64,000 nucleotides of DNA from an uncultured Alphaproteobacteria bacterium (lineage in GTDB: Bacteria; Pseudomonadota; Alphaproteobacteria; HIMB59; GCA-002718135): NCBI GenBank assembly GCA_902614085.1, contig CACMJS010000002.1, forward strand, positions 234,268-298,267. Reading direction: 5' to 3'. Positions 18,136-28,021 of the stretch are shown here, one piece after another; within the stretch, counting starts at the first letter, position 1; each line of letters starts with the position of its first letter. A program made the translations under genes and the position numbers. The notes under the pieces were generated by a model. The model was not told the DNA's origin and did not search any database. It saw nothing but the letters and a program-made list of their open reading frames with translations.

Positions 18136-18360
18136 TTAAGCAGCAATGCGACGATTTTTTTGAGCTTCTTTTTCTTTTTTAAGCTCTTTTTCGTCAATAT
18201 ACGCAACATCACAGTGACTCTGACAATAAGGCTTCCCAGCAACGGTATCAGCTTCACAAAAATGAAAATCTTTCTCTTGTGGATCTCCAATTGGCCATTG
18301 GCAACTTGAGAAACTGTGCATCACACTGTTTTGTTTAAAATAATTTTTTAATATAGACAT
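18136..18360 (-). CDS. Small protein consisting only of a GcrA-like C-terminal domain
   Basis: 74 aa from ATG at 18358-18360. CQWPIGDPQEKDFHFCEADTVAGKPYCQSHCDVAY matches my recollection of the Caulobacter GcrA C-terminus (CKWPIGDP...FTFCG...PYCVEHARVAY). No N-terminal HTH part is present. Confidence 0.65.
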   Translation of the reverse strand: MSILKNYFKQNSVMHSFSSCQWPIGDPQEKDFHFCEADTVAGKPYCQSHCDVAYIDEKELKKEKEAQKNRRIAA

Positions 18361-18514
18361 AATAATTTTATTAATTTCGAGGTAGTTTATATTTATGAAA
18401 AAACCAGTATTCAACATTAAATATAAAAAAGTTGTTAATTATCAATATGTTAGTATCTTAATCTTTTTGACCTACTATATGTTGATACATAATTTATAAG
18501 AAAAACGAATCGGT

Positions 18515-18697
18515 TTATCGAAAAAATAAAATTATAAATAATAGTGCCAAAAAAAACAGATAGGATTTGATCACAAAACTTTTAGTTAATTTGGATTTGG
18601 GAGGTTTTCTCAAATATATAAAGAAAACAATAGTACTCCAAAATAATAAAAGTATTACCCAGCCTGTTAAAAAAGCGTAATAAAAATCGACAGACAT
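18515..18697 (-). CDS. Hypothetical small membrane protein (2 TM)
   Basis: 60-aa ORF with two hydrophobic segments, 20 nt downstream of msrA on the same strand. I recognise no family. Confidence 0.35.
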   Translation of the reverse strand: MSVDFYYAFLTGWVILLLFWSTIVFFIYLRKPPKSKLTKSFVIKSYLFFLALLFIILFFR

Positions 18698-18717
18698 AAG
18701 TTCCCTAAAGAATTAAT

Positions 18718-19179
18718 CTATATAGCGCAGTGTAAACCTGTTTTTTGGATATATTTTTGATGATATTCTTCAGCTTTATAGAATTCCTTAGCTACTGATA
18801 TTTCAGTGACAATATTTATTCCTGCACTTTTAGCATATTCATTTTTTGAATGAATAGATTTAATTTTTTGATCTTCGTTATAATAATATATCGCTGATCT
18901 ATATTGTGTTCCAATATCAGGACCTTGTCTATTTAAAGTTGTAGGATCATGACACTTCCAGAAAACCTTCAAAAGATCTTCATAGGATATTTTAGAATTA
19001 TCAAATTCAACTAAAACAACCTCAGTATGATTTGTATTGCCTTGGCAAACACTTTCATAAGAAGGGTTAATAGTATCGCCTCCAGAATAACCAACCAAGG
19101 TATTTATTACACCTGGAGTTTTACAAAATGTTTCTTCCACACCCCAGAAGCAACCTGCGCCAAATAATGCTTTTTCCAT
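18718..19179 (-). CDS. msrA: Peptide-methionine (S)-S-oxide reductase
   Basis: GAGCFWGVE active-site motif; 153 aa. Confidence 0.9.
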   Translation of the reverse strand: MEKALFGAGCFWGVEETFCKTPGVINTLVGYSGGDTINPSYESVCQGNTNHTEVVLVEFDNSKISYEDLLKVFWKCHDPTTLNRQGPDIGTQYRSAIYYYNEDQKIKSIHSKNEYAKSAGINIVTEISVAKEFYKAEEYHQKYIQKTGLHCAI

Positions 19180-19219
19180 ATTTATAAATATATATGTAAT
19201 ATAAAATATATCAATTTTT

Positions 19220-19801
19220 ATGAGTCCAAAATTTAAAATTTTAGATAAAAAGAATATTCACGACGGTTTCTTTAAAATGAATGAAGTTACTCTAAAATAC
19301 AAAAAATATGATGGAAATTGGAGTAATGAAATAAAAAGAGAGTTATTTGGTGGTGCACAAGTATCTGCAGTCTTACCATATGACCCTGTAAATAAAAAAA
19401 TTGTTTTAATTCAACAATTCAGACCCGGGACTATTTCTAAAGATAATCAAAATTATCTAGATGAAATAGTTGCTGGAATAATTGACCCTGGTGAAACTCC
19501 AGAAGATACCGCCAAAAGAGAATGCTTGGAAGAAACTGGATGTGAAATAATCAATCTTAAATCTATACAAGGTTACTTTCCTGCCCCTGGATCGTCTGAA
19601 TCTTTTTATAATCTTTTTTTAGGCGAGGTAATTGCTCCAGATAAAGAAATTATAAGAGGACTGGAGAATGAAAATGAGGATATATTAGTTAAAAGTTATA
19701 GTTTTGATGAAGTAAAAACAAAGATGAATAAAAAAGAAATTTTAAATGGGCTTACACTAATAGCATTACAATGGTTTTTTTTAAACATTGAACGAAACTA
19801 A
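19220..19801 (+). CDS. Nudix hydrolase, ADP-ribose pyrophosphatase-like
   Basis: Nudix box GIIDPGETPEDTAKRECLEETG; NudF-like length (193 aa). Confidence 0.75.
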   Translation: MSPKFKILDKKNIHDGFFKMNEVTLKYKKYDGNWSNEIKRELFGGAQVSAVLPYDPVNKKIVLIQQFRPGTISKDNQNYLDEIVAGIIDPGETPEDTAKRECLEETGCEIINLKSIQGYFPAPGSSESFYNLFLGEVIAPDKEIIRGLENENEDILVKSYSFDEVKTKMNKKEILNGLTLIALQWFFLNIERN

Positions 19802-20133
19802 GTTCCTATACCTCTTTCATAAGGTTGAACTAATTCTTTACATATTAAATTCATATCTAAAGTCTCAACATTTTTATCTATAGTTTGATATTCCTGACAC
19901 TCATATACTTCGTTATCTTTTTGGAGAACTGTTACAAATAAGATTATTGTTAAATCATTTCCAACCTCTATGTCACTTATAGCGTAGCTTTTAACTTCAA
20001 ATCCCTCATTGATAAGATCTTTATAAGATTTCTCTGACTCTAGCCATTGATCTATATTTGGATTAGCTGTTGAAAGGTTAGAAAAAAACAAAAATACAGA
20101 AAATAAAAAAATAGTTAGTTTGCTTTTAGCCAT
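19798..20133 (-). CDS. Hypothetical secreted protein
   Basis: 111 aa with signal peptide MAKSKLTIFLFSVFLFFSNLSTA. I recognise no family. Confidence 0.5.
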   Translation of the reverse strand: MAKSKLTIFLFSVFLFFSNLSTANPNIDQWLESEKSYKDLINEGFEVKSYAISDIEVGNDLTIILFVTVLQKDNEVYECQEYQTIDKNVETLDMNLICKELVQPYERGIGT

Positions 20134-20657
20134 TGTAGAACTTCATTTATATGTTTGTTAGGAGGAAAAATAGGGTAGAATACTTTTTTAACAATATTTT
20201 TTTCCACAATAAGAGTTAATCTTTTAAAATAAATTTTGTTTTCAATTTCAAAATGTGGCATTTTTAATGAATTGAGCAAAATATTTTCTGAATCACTTAA
20301 AACATCAAAAGGAATTACTAACCTATCTGTCATTTCCCTAATATAATCTATTGTTTGAGTCGATATTCCTATAGGCAGCGCATTTAGTTTGATTAATTCT
20401 TCATAATTATCTCTAAAGCTACAGGTCTCCACAGTACAGCCAATGGCTCCTGGAGTTTTATTCCAATTTTTAGGTAAACTTTCATTTGGATTACCTGTCA
20501 TAGAATAAAAATATAAAATCAAACGGAAAGTGTCAGATCTTTTTATTTTTAATAGATTTCCCTGTTGATTTTTAAGAGAAATATCCGGCAAAAACTTATT
20601 TAAAAGATGATCAGCTTTTCCATCATTTTGCGGTTTAGGAAATTTACTATAATCCAT
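20115..20657 (-). CDS. Peroxiredoxin-like thioredoxin-fold protein (AhpC/TSA-Bcp type)
   Basis: PGAIGCTVETCSFRD motif (CxxxxC). I preferred the ATG at 20655-20657 over the upstream TTG. Confidence 0.6.
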   Translation of the reverse strand: MDYSKFPKPQNDGKADHLLNKFLPDISLKNQQGNLLKIKRSDTFRLILYFYSMTGNPNESLPKNWNKTPGAIGCTVETCSFRDNYEELIKLNALPIGISTQTIDYIREMTDRLVIPFDVLSDSENILLNSLKMPHFEIENKIYFKRLTLIVEKNIVKKVFYPIFPPNKHINEVLQWLKAN

Positions 20658-20705
20658 ACTAATTTGTCTTGTATAATCCAATTCTATATATCATAAGATA
20701 GTTTT

Positions 20706-21644
20706 ATGACTCAAATTAAACCTCTCTCTAGTATGGAAACTCCTCGCTTTGCTGACGTTGCTACTTTTTTTCGTTTACCTATTATAAAAGATTTAAATAA
20801 ATTAGACTACTGTGTTGCAGGCGTACCATGGGATGGAGGAACTACTAATAGACCTGGCGCTAGACATGGGCCAAGAGAAATTAGAAATGCATCGTCACTT
20901 GTAAGGCTTTATCACCCTGTTTCACTTAAGAGCCCTTATGATAAATTTAATATTGCAGATATTGGTGATTGTCCGGTAAATCCAGCAGACCTAAATGATA
21001 GTTTAGATAAAATAGAAAAATTTTACTCAAATATTTATAATTCCAAAACAATACCATTATCAATTGGAGGTGATCACTTAATTAGCCTACCAATTCTTAG
21101 AGGTATAGCAAAAGAAAAACCAATCGGTTTATTTCAGTTTGATTCTCATTCTGATACTTGGGACACTTATTTTGGAGGATTTAAATATACTCATGGCACA
21201 CCATTTAGAAGAGCTATAGAAGAAAATCTAATTGATCCAAAAAAATATGTAATCCTTGGTCTTCGTGGGGCTTTATATGATCCTGAAGATTTAAGTTGGG
21301 CTAGAGAACAAGGTGTAACTATTATTACTATAGATGATTATTATGAAATGGGATTTAATAAATGTATTGAAAAAATTTATGAAGTTCTAGTTAATACAGA
21401 TACTTATTTTACATTTGATATTGATGGAATAGACCCAACTTTTGCGCCAGGCACTGGGACTCCAGAAGTAGGAGGCTTTAATGTGAGAGAGGCACAAACT
21501 ATTATAAGAGCACTAAACAAAATCAACTTTGTAGGAGGTGATGTTGTAGAGGTATCACCACCATTTGATGTAAATAATATGACTTCATTAGTAGGAGCAA
21601 CAATTGCCTTTGAAATGCTTTGTACTATGACAAAAGTAAATTAA
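20706..21644 (+). CDS. Agmatinase-family ureohydrolase (SpeB / guanidino-acid hydrolase-like)
   Basis: Arginase-fold metal-binding motifs: GGDHLISLP, FDSHSDTW, DIDGIDP, EVSPPFD. Confidence 0.8.
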   Translation: MTQIKPLSSMETPRFADVATFFRLPIIKDLNKLDYCVAGVPWDGGTTNRPGARHGPREIRNASSLVRLYHPVSLKSPYDKFNIADIGDCPVNPADLNDSLDKIEKFYSNIYNSKTIPLSIGGDHLISLPILRGIAKEKPIGLFQFDSHSDTWDTYFGGFKYTHGTPFRRAIEENLIDPKKYVILGLRGALYDPEDLSWAREQGVTIITIDDYYEMGFNKCIEKIYEVLVNTDTYFTFDIDGIDPTFAPGTGTPEVGGFNVREAQTIIRALNKINFVGGDVVEVSPPFDVNNMTSLVGATIAFEMLCTMTKVN

Positions 21645-22204
21645 AACTCTTCGAAATTTGAAGCTCCAACACATAAAACATTTTTTAAATCTAGATATTT
21701 ATTAATATTATCTTTATTGACTCCACCTGTTGGAATAAATTTTATATCCTTTAGAATGTTTTCAATTGATTGTAATTTTTTTTGCTCTCCATTTAAATTT
21801 GCTGGAAAAAATTTAATTATTTTATAACCTTTTTTATTAAGATGTATAAACTCACTGACCGTTTCGGCTCCAGGAATATATAATAAGTTATTAATTTCTA
21901 AAATCTCATCAACAATTCCAGGAGAGACAAAAAAGTTAAAATTATGATCTTGACCCTTAATAAAATCCTCTTTTTTTAAAACTGAGCCCAACCCAAATTT
22001 ATGTTTGGTAAAATGTTTTTGTAATTCTAGTGCTATATCAAAAGATTGATTTTCTCTCAGTGTTACTTCAATATATCGAATAGATTTATTTTTCTCTAAA
22101 TATTTGCTTAAGCGATCAATATCATTGCTTACAGTTGTAGTATTAAGAATTGGTAAAATTTTTTGTTCTTTTAGTTTTAATTGTAATTCGCTATTTAACA
22201 TCAA
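21641..22204 (-). CDS. eda: KDPG/KHG-type class I aldolase (Eda-like)
   Basis: 187 aa. IKFFPA motif and a GGV... C-terminal region; directly downstream of kdgK. It is shorter and more divergent than a typical Eda. Confidence 0.65.
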   Translation of the reverse strand: MMLNSELQLKLKEQKILPILNTTTVSNDIDRLSKYLEKNKSIRYIEVTLRENQSFDIALELQKHFTKHKFGLGSVLKKEDFIKGQDHNFNFFVSPGIVDEILEINNLLYIPGAETVSEFIHLNKKGYKIIKFFPANLNGEQKKLQSIENILKDIKFIPTGGVNKDNINKYLDLKNVLCVGASNFEEF

Positions 22205-23087
22205 CTATTGCTCCTTTTTGCATGATTATCTTCGAGCCCAGAAGACTGGCTTCTTTCAGAGCTAAAGCTGGATCGTTATGAATAATAAAATTTGATACGT
22301 AGGCAGCATTAAATCCATCTCCAGCTCCTGAAGTATCAATTACTTTTCTAATAAATTTATTTCTTATTGTATATTTTTTTTTATTTTGAATTGAGTAAGT
22401 TAATTTAGCATTTTTTCTAAATATACCATGATCTATTTTGTATTTATTTATTAATTTTTCAAAATTACTTAAACTATTGTCATTTTTCCAAAATTGTAGA
22501 TCTTCACCTGACACAAAACAAATATCAACGAAATTTAAAATAGAATGCAAAAAATTGTTTAAATTTTTTTTAGTCCATCGATTAATTCTAATATTAAAAT
22601 CAAAGATAATTTTTACTTTTTTATTTTTTAATAATTTTAATAAATTAACAAAATTACTTATTTTAGATGGATCAATAATTGAAAGTGTAATTCCAGAAAA
22701 ATAGATATAATCAAAATTCTTCAAATTTTTAAATAATGAAACAAAATCTATCTTATTAAAGTAATTTTTTGCTGCACTATTATCTCTCCAATAAAAAAAT
22801 TGTTTTTCTCCGTTATTTCTATTCTTAATTAAATATAAACCAATTTCATGACTATTAACTTGCTTGATTAATTTTGTTGAAATTTTTTTAGAATTTATGA
22901 ATTCCAAAACTGATCTGTTTACACTAGTTTTACCAATGGCAGTAAGAAAAGAGACATCAAAATATTTTTTATCAATATAGTTACAAAAATTTAACGTATC
23001 ACCTGCAAATGATTGTTGAAAAATATTATTCTTAGTATTGGCAATTTCAATCATACATTCACCAACTGAACAAATTTTTGTTTTCAT
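22191..23087 (-). CDS. kdgK: 2-dehydro-3-deoxygluconokinase-like PfkB kinase
   Basis: PfkB family (DTSGAGDGFNAAY), adjacent to the Eda-like gene. Confidence 0.7.
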   Translation of the reverse strand: MKTKICSVGECMIEIANTKNNIFQQSFAGDTLNFCNYIDKKYFDVSFLTAIGKTSVNRSVLEFINSKKISTKLIKQVNSHEIGLYLIKNRNNGEKQFFYWRDNSAAKNYFNKIDFVSLFKNLKNFDYIYFSGITLSIIDPSKISNFVNLLKLLKNKKVKIIFDFNIRINRWTKKNLNNFLHSILNFVDICFVSGEDLQFWKNDNSLSNFEKLINKYKIDHGIFRKNAKLTYSIQNKKKYTIRNKFIRKVIDTSGAGDGFNAAYVSNFIIHNDPALALKEASLLGSKIIMQKGAIVDVK

Positions 23088-23095
23088 AATTAACT

Positions 23096-23419
23096 TTAGT
23101 CGTGATGAAAAACTTCTTCCATACTAGACCACCATTCTCCTTTTTTTCTATTTGGGTCTGGAATTTGACATGGTCCACAAACACTCCACCACTCTTGAAC
23201 TTTAGGGTTTGAAGCCATTAACTTATTATCTCTATCAAGATTGTCTCCGTGATATTCAACATATCCAAAAAGAGTATTTTTATGCAAATATATAGAATAA
23301 TTCTTAAAATTAAGTTCTGTTAAATTTTCTAAGACTTCAGGCCAAACATTTGCATGAAGTTTTTTATATTCTTCTATTTTTTCCTCTTTAATTCCAAGAG
23401 TCATACCTAATCTAATCAT
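23096..23419 (-). CDS. L-rhamnose/L-fucose mutarotase (RhaM/DUF718 family)
   Basis: 107 aa. YKKLHANVWPEVL...NYSIYL...WW pattern of the RhaM family; fucose-operon context. Confidence 0.75.
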   Translation of the reverse strand: MIRLGMTLGIKEEKIEEYKKLHANVWPEVLENLTELNFKNYSIYLHKNTLFGYVEYHGDNLDRDNKLMASNPKVQEWWSVCGPCQIPDPNRKKGEWWSSMEEVFHHD

Positions 23420-24880
23420 TTATAAATATTCCTTTCTTGTTATTTTAAAACTGTATGCATGCTCGCATGGTTTATTATCTGGTCTTGTTATATGGAGTCC
23501 ATCTCTGGTATGTTTCCATTCTACTTTATCAGTACTTCCTAATAATTCTACCCTTTCAATTTCATTATCAAAAAGTTTATATATACTTTCTATCGTAAAA
23601 TCTTTGCTAGGCCATCCTAATGCAGTTGCATACAAAAAATTATCTTTTGTAGTGAACCTAAAATCTTTAGCAGTATAAATTAGTTTTGCTCGATTATCTG
23701 AAAAAGGTCCTGCTTCATTCATTTTAGTTGGGCCTTCTCCATATTGATCCCATGTTTCTGTTTCAAATATTGCTTCTCCATTTACATCAAGCCAATTTCC
23801 AATACCTTCTAAAAGATTTTTATCTTCTTCTGGAATTGTTCCATCAGGTTTTGGCCCAATATTTAAGAGCATGTATCCATTTTTACTAACATTATCTATT
23901 AAGTAGTGAACTAAATCTGTCGTAGTTTTATATTTTGAATTCTTCATATAAGCCCAAGCACTTCCATCGTGGACTGTGGTATCAGTAATCCAATCATAGT
24001 GGGTTAATTCTGACTCTCTTCCTAGTTCAAGATCTAATAATCCAGAACCGGGGGGAAGATCATGCCATTTATAAGATACAACTACTTCATTACCCCACTC
24101 AGTTTCTTTGTTATAATAATATGAAAGAAAATCTTTTTTATACTTTTCATGAATAAATCTAATTCCAAAATCAAACCATACATAGTCTGGTTTATAATTA
24201 TCTACTACTTCTTTTAATCTATTTAACCATCTATCATGAAAAGCTTTACTAGGCTTGTCTTGATGTTCATTTTTTCTACCCCAATGATCAGGATATACAG
24301 CCTGATTTCCTATTAAATCTAAATTGTGAAGTTCACCATATAAACTTTCATATTCCTTTTTTGATGTATCAAAATCATTATTCCAGTGTGGGAAAAAAAA
24401 CCAGTTTTCAGCATGATGCATTGCTACCATATATTTCATCCCTTTATTTCTAATTGCTTTTTCAAGTTCTCCAACAATATCTCTTTTTGGCCCCATCTTA
24501 GATGCACACCATTCGGTATCAGAACAATTCCACATTGGAAAACCATCATGATGCTCTGCTACAGGTCCAGCAAATTTTGCTCCAGATCGATAATACAAAT
24601 CTGCCCACTCTTCTGCATTAAATTTTTCAGCAGTAAACATTGGTATAAAATCTTTATATCCAAATTTAGATGGATGACCATAATGTTTACAATGATAATC
24701 AAACTGAGGACTAGGTGGTCTATACATCCAATAAGGATACCACGTCACATTCGGTCCAGCAGCTGGAACAGAATAGATTCCCCAATGAGCATAAATACCA
24801 AACTTCGCTTTTTTAAACCAATTTGGTGTTTGATGTTGTTTTATTGATGACCAAGTTGGTTCAAAATAGTTTTGTTTCAT
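23420..24880 (-). CDS. Alpha-L-fucosidase, GH29, no signal peptide (cytoplasmic)
   Basis: N-terminus WFKKAKFGIYAHWGIYSVPA and the GH29-like strings HHDGFPMW and YVWFDF. The N-terminus is not hydrophobic. Confidence 0.85.
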   Translation of the reverse strand: MKQNYFEPTWSSIKQHQTPNWFKKAKFGIYAHWGIYSVPAAGPNVTWYPYWMYRPPSPQFDYHCKHYGHPSKFGYKDFIPMFTAEKFNAEEWADLYYRSGAKFAGPVAEHHDGFPMWNCSDTEWCASKMGPKRDIVGELEKAIRNKGMKYMVAMHHAENWFFFPHWNNDFDTSKKEYESLYGELHNLDLIGNQAVYPDHWGRKNEHQDKPSKAFHDRWLNRLKEVVDNYKPDYVWFDFGIRFIHEKYKKDFLSYYYNKETEWGNEVVVSYKWHDLPPGSGLLDLELGRESELTHYDWITDTTVHDGSAWAYMKNSKYKTTTDLVHYLIDNVSKNGYMLLNIGPKPDGTIPEEDKNLLEGIGNWLDVNGEAIFETETWDQYGEGPTKMNEAGPFSDNRAKLIYTAKDFRFTTKDNFLYATALGWPSKDFTIESIYKLFDNEIERVELLGSTDKVEWKHTRDGLHITRPDNKPCEHAYSFKITRKEYL

Positions 24881-24911
24881 CGCTTAATTAAATTTAAATT
24901 TATATAATCTT

Positions 24912-25736
24912 TTAAAGACTATAAAATTGAGTTGCATTTCGAGAAAATATTTTATTTTTTTCGTCTTCAGAAAAAGAATTGCAATAATTCATTGCTAAAT
25001 CAAACCAATTTGAATAATTATCTGCCATTGTTAAAACAGGCCAATCACTTCCCCACATTAATTTATCAGATCCAAAAGTGTTAAGAATAAAATCAATATA
25101 AGGATCAAGCTGTTCTTTTGTATAATCTGGACCAACTTCAGTGAGAATTCCAGAGAATTTACAATAAACATTACTTGCATTTGATAATTCAGTCATATCT
25201 TTTTTCCATTGGTCAATTTCAGATTTAGTAATCACGGGCTTAGCAATATGATCAATAACTATAGGAAGGAAATCATATTTTTTAACAAATTGTATAAGAT
25301 GTTGAAGATGATTTGGTCGAACTAAAGCGTCAAAAGTTAAATTTTTTGTATTTAAATATTTTATATTTTCTTTTAAGTGATCATTTAACATCCAAGCATC
25401 ATCTTGAATATCGTGAATCATAGGTCTAAAACCTTTTAAAAATTTACTCTCACAAAGTTTATCAATATCATCTTTAGCATTGTTACTATCTAGATCAACC
25501 CAACCCACCACGCCTGCAATAAATTCATATCTTAATGCTAAACTTAATGTAAATTCTGTTTCAGCAAACGTGTCAGCAGCTTGGACAATTACTGTTTTAG
25601 TTATATTTTTTTGTTTTATAAGTGGCTCAAGATCTTCTGGAAAAAAATCTTTATATAAGACTTTCATATCTGGGGTCATCCAAGAGTAATCTCCTCTTGA
25701 AAGTTTCCAAAAATGTTGATGACTATCTACGTACAT
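24912..25736 (-). CDS. Amidohydrolase_2 family lactonase (L-fucono-1,5-lactonase-like)
   Basis: MYVDSHQHFW N-terminus and a GSDWPV motif, typical of cog3618 lactonases. Adjacent to the fuconate dehydratase gene. Confidence 0.75.
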   Translation of the reverse strand: MYVDSHQHFWKLSRGDYSWMTPDMKVLYKDFFPEDLEPLIKQKNITKTVIVQAADTFAETEFTLSLALRYEFIAGVVGWVDLDSNNAKDDIDKLCESKFLKGFRPMIHDIQDDAWMLNDHLKENIKYLNTKNLTFDALVRPNHLQHLIQFVKKYDFLPIVIDHIAKPVITKSEIDQWKKDMTELSNASNVYCKFSGILTEVGPDYTKEQLDPYIDFILNTFGSDKLMWGSDWPVLTMADNYSNWFDLAMNYCNSFSEDEKNKIFSRNATQFYSL

Positions 25737-27032
25737 TTATTTCCAATAAGTACCATTATTATAATCAAATTCATTAAGAGAACTATCTTTAATTTTTACA
25801 GAATATCCTGGATTTGTAGGAGTAACATATCCACCATCTTTAATTATTGCTGGATTTTCAAAATGTTCAGAGCAGCTTTCTGCATATTCACTTAATAATA
25901 ATTCATGATTAGAAATTATAAACTTGTTGATTAAATTTAAATGTTGAACATATTCACATAAACCAACGCCACCTGCGTGAGGAATAACGGGGGTATTAAA
26001 CTTACTAGCTATTAAAAGAACTGGTAAAATTTCATTTATACTTGCAATTCTACAACTATCAATTTGGCAATAATCTAAAGATTTGTGTTCTATAAATTGT
26101 TTAAACATAACTTTATTTTGTATCATTTCTCCTGTTGCAAGATTAATGTCAGGATGTGCATCTTTAATTTTTTTAAAACCTAAAACATCATCAGGGTTGG
26201 TTGGTTCTTCATAGAATAAAATATCGAACTGTTTTAGTTTTCCAATATTTTCTATAGTCTCATTTACACTCCAGATTTGATTTGAATCTACCATCAATTT
26301 ATTATTATCACCTATTAATTCTCTTACTAATTTACAGCGATGGATATCTCTTTCTATATCTTGACCAACTTTCATTTTAAAATGAGTCCAACCCTTACTT
26401 AAATTTTCTTCAACTAGTCTTTTCATTTTTTCATCTGAATACCCCAGCCAACCAGCTGCAGTTGTGTATGCTGGAAAAATAGTGGAATTTAAATCGTCTA
26501 AGTTTGAAGGCAAACTTAGTTTTTTTTGATCAATTATTTTAGCCGCTTCATCTTTAGTAATTACATCGTCGATATAAGAAAAAGAGAGTTTATCTAATAA
26601 ATCTCTTGTTTCTAATTCTATTATGTATCTCCAAAGAGGTTTTTTATGAAATTTAGAAATTAAATCCCATATTGCATTAAAAAAAGCTGCAGCTGCAAGA
26701 TGCGTTACACCTTTTTGTGGCCCTACCCATCGTAATTGACTGTGGTTTGTAATTTTTTCCCATATGGATGCAATATCCCTCTCTATTTCCTCAATATTTT
26801 TTCCAATAATAAATTCTTTAAAGTATTCTATAACAGTACAACAAAGATCATTACCTTTTCCAATAGTAAAGGTTAATCCAATACCGGTTAGATCTTTTTG
26901 ATCAGTAAATATTGTGACATAAGTTGCAGAATAATCACAATCAACATGGACAGCATCAGTTCCCAAATTATCTTTTGATGTTGGAAAACGAATATCCTGA
27001 GTTTTAATATCAATTATTTTCATATTGGACAT
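25737..27032 (-). CDS. L-fuconate dehydratase-like enolase-superfamily (mandelate racemase subgroup) enzyme
   Basis: 431 aa. N-terminus KIIDIKTQDIRFPTS, then FKMKVG, YEEP and HAGGVGLCE, consistent with the FucD-type family. Confidence 0.75.
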   Translation of the reverse strand: MSNMKIIDIKTQDIRFPTSKDNLGTDAVHVDCDYSATYVTIFTDQKDLTGIGLTFTIGKGNDLCCTVIEYFKEFIIGKNIEEIERDIASIWEKITNHSQLRWVGPQKGVTHLAAAAFFNAIWDLISKFHKKPLWRYIIELETRDLLDKLSFSYIDDVITKDEAAKIIDQKKLSLPSNLDDLNSTIFPAYTTAAGWLGYSDEKMKRLVEENLSKGWTHFKMKVGQDIERDIHRCKLVRELIGDNNKLMVDSNQIWSVNETIENIGKLKQFDILFYEEPTNPDDVLGFKKIKDAHPDINLATGEMIQNKVMFKQFIEHKSLDYCQIDSCRIASINEILPVLLIASKFNTPVIPHAGGVGLCEYVQHLNLINKFIISNHELLLSEYAESCSEHFENPAIIKDGGYVTPTNPGYSVKIKDSSLNEFDYNNGTYWK

Positions 27033-28021
27033 CTTTCATCAATTAGTTTTTCATTAAGTAAATCTTTCCACAAATCTTCAGGGATTGGAAAATTTAAAAA
27101 TCCTAAGTTTTGCTCCACTTGATCAAGCCTATCCATGCCTAATATCATGGAAGTGACAAGTTTATTAGTATAACAAAATTGTATTGCTGCTGCCGGGACA
27201 GGCACATCATATTTTTTACAAATATTTGCAATTTTTAAGTATCGTTGTTTAACTTCTTCTGGAATTTTATCATAAAAATAAGTAATATTTTCACCTACAC
27301 CTTTAGCTAAAATTCCTGAATTAAAAATTCCTGCAAGAATAATTCCTATATTATTTTTTTCAGCAATAGGGAAAAAATCATTGAGAGCATTTTGATCCAA
27401 TAATGAATATCTGCCTGCTAGAACCATACAATCAAAATCGCCTGCATTTGCAAATCTTGCACATATATCAGAGTCATTTACTCCTACTCCAATAGCTTTG
27501 ATAACTTTTTCTTCTTTTAGTTTTTGTACAGCTTTATACGCGCCATCCATTGCTAATTTAAAATAATGATCAACCTCGTCACCAAAATTAAATCGATCTA
27601 CATCATGAATTAAACAAATATCTACTTTTGAAACAGCTAATCTTAGTAATGATTGCTCAAATGCTCTCATCACACCGTCATAAGAGTAATCGAGATTAGG
27701 AGAAAAATTTAAACTTCCTGCAAATCTCCCTGTATCTATATTTTCTTTTTTTGCTGGTGTAAGATATCTTCCAACTTTGGTTGATAAAAAATAACTATCC
27801 TCATCTACAGTTTTTAAAAAATTTCCTAATCTATGTTCACTTAATCCATAACCATATAAAGGTGATGTATCATAAATATTGACTCCTTTTTCATAGCTTT
27901 TTTCAAGTATGTCATAGCAATTTCGTTCATCAAGATTTTCAAATAAATTGCCTAAGGGTGCTCCACCAAAACCAATAGCTGTTAAGTTTATATCAGTTTT
28001 TCCAAGCTGTCTTTTATTCAT
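27020..28021 (-). CDS. Aldo/keto reductase, D-threo-aldose (L-fucose) 1-dehydrogenase-like
   Basis: AKR motifs (IGFGGAPLGN, DTSPLYGYGLSE, IHDVD); operon context. Confidence 0.7.
   Translation of the reverse strand: MNKRQLGKTDINLTAIGFGGAPLGNLFENLDERNCYDILEKSYEKGVNIYDTSPLYGYGLSEHRLGNFLKTVDEDSYFLSTKVGRYLTPAKKENIDTGRFAGSLNFSPNLDYSYDGVMRAFEQSLLRLAVSKVDICLIHDVDRFNFGDEVDHYFKLAMDGAYKAVQKLKEEKVIKAIGVGVNDSDICARFANAGDFDCMVLAGRYSLLDQNALNDFFPIAEKNNIGIILAGIFNSGILAKGVGENITYFYDKIPEEVKQRYLKIANICKKYDVPVPAAAIQFCYTNKLVTSMILGMDRLDQVEQNLGFLNFPIPEDLWKDLLNEKLIDERCPI

Noticed and set aside
18099-18290. 63-aa minus-strand ORF overlapping the GcrA-like ORF in another frame
   Set aside because: It is a Lys/Leu/Ile low-complexity sequence. 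The alternative frame carries the conserved GcrA C-terminal motif.
18361-18514. Possible CtrA boxes (TTAA-N7-TTAA) and GANTC sites upstream of the GcrA-like ORF
   Set aside because: I found no exact TTAA-N7-TTAA when reading the region. Single TTAA and GANTC motifs are expected by chance in DNA this AT-rich.
24386-24847. 153-aa plus-strand ORF antisense to the GH29 fucosidase
   Set aside because: Its Trp/Cys/Phe/Arg/Ile-rich composition with no family motifs is the mirror frame of a strongly supported gene. The same reasoning applies to the other short or antisense track ORFs: 1617-1802, 5457-5699, 7626-7814, 10173-10439, 11320-11517, 14231-14473, 15029-15241, 22438-22704, 25480-25895, 28340-28923, 30314-30735, 32107-32448, 34792-35025, 36761-37022, 38032-38268, 39339-39596, 40985-41233, 41288-41560, 43703-43897, 45158-45370, 47554-47856, 50734-50976, 51352-51600, 51996-52199, 52300-52494, 52830-53018, 59671-59925 and 61145-61543.
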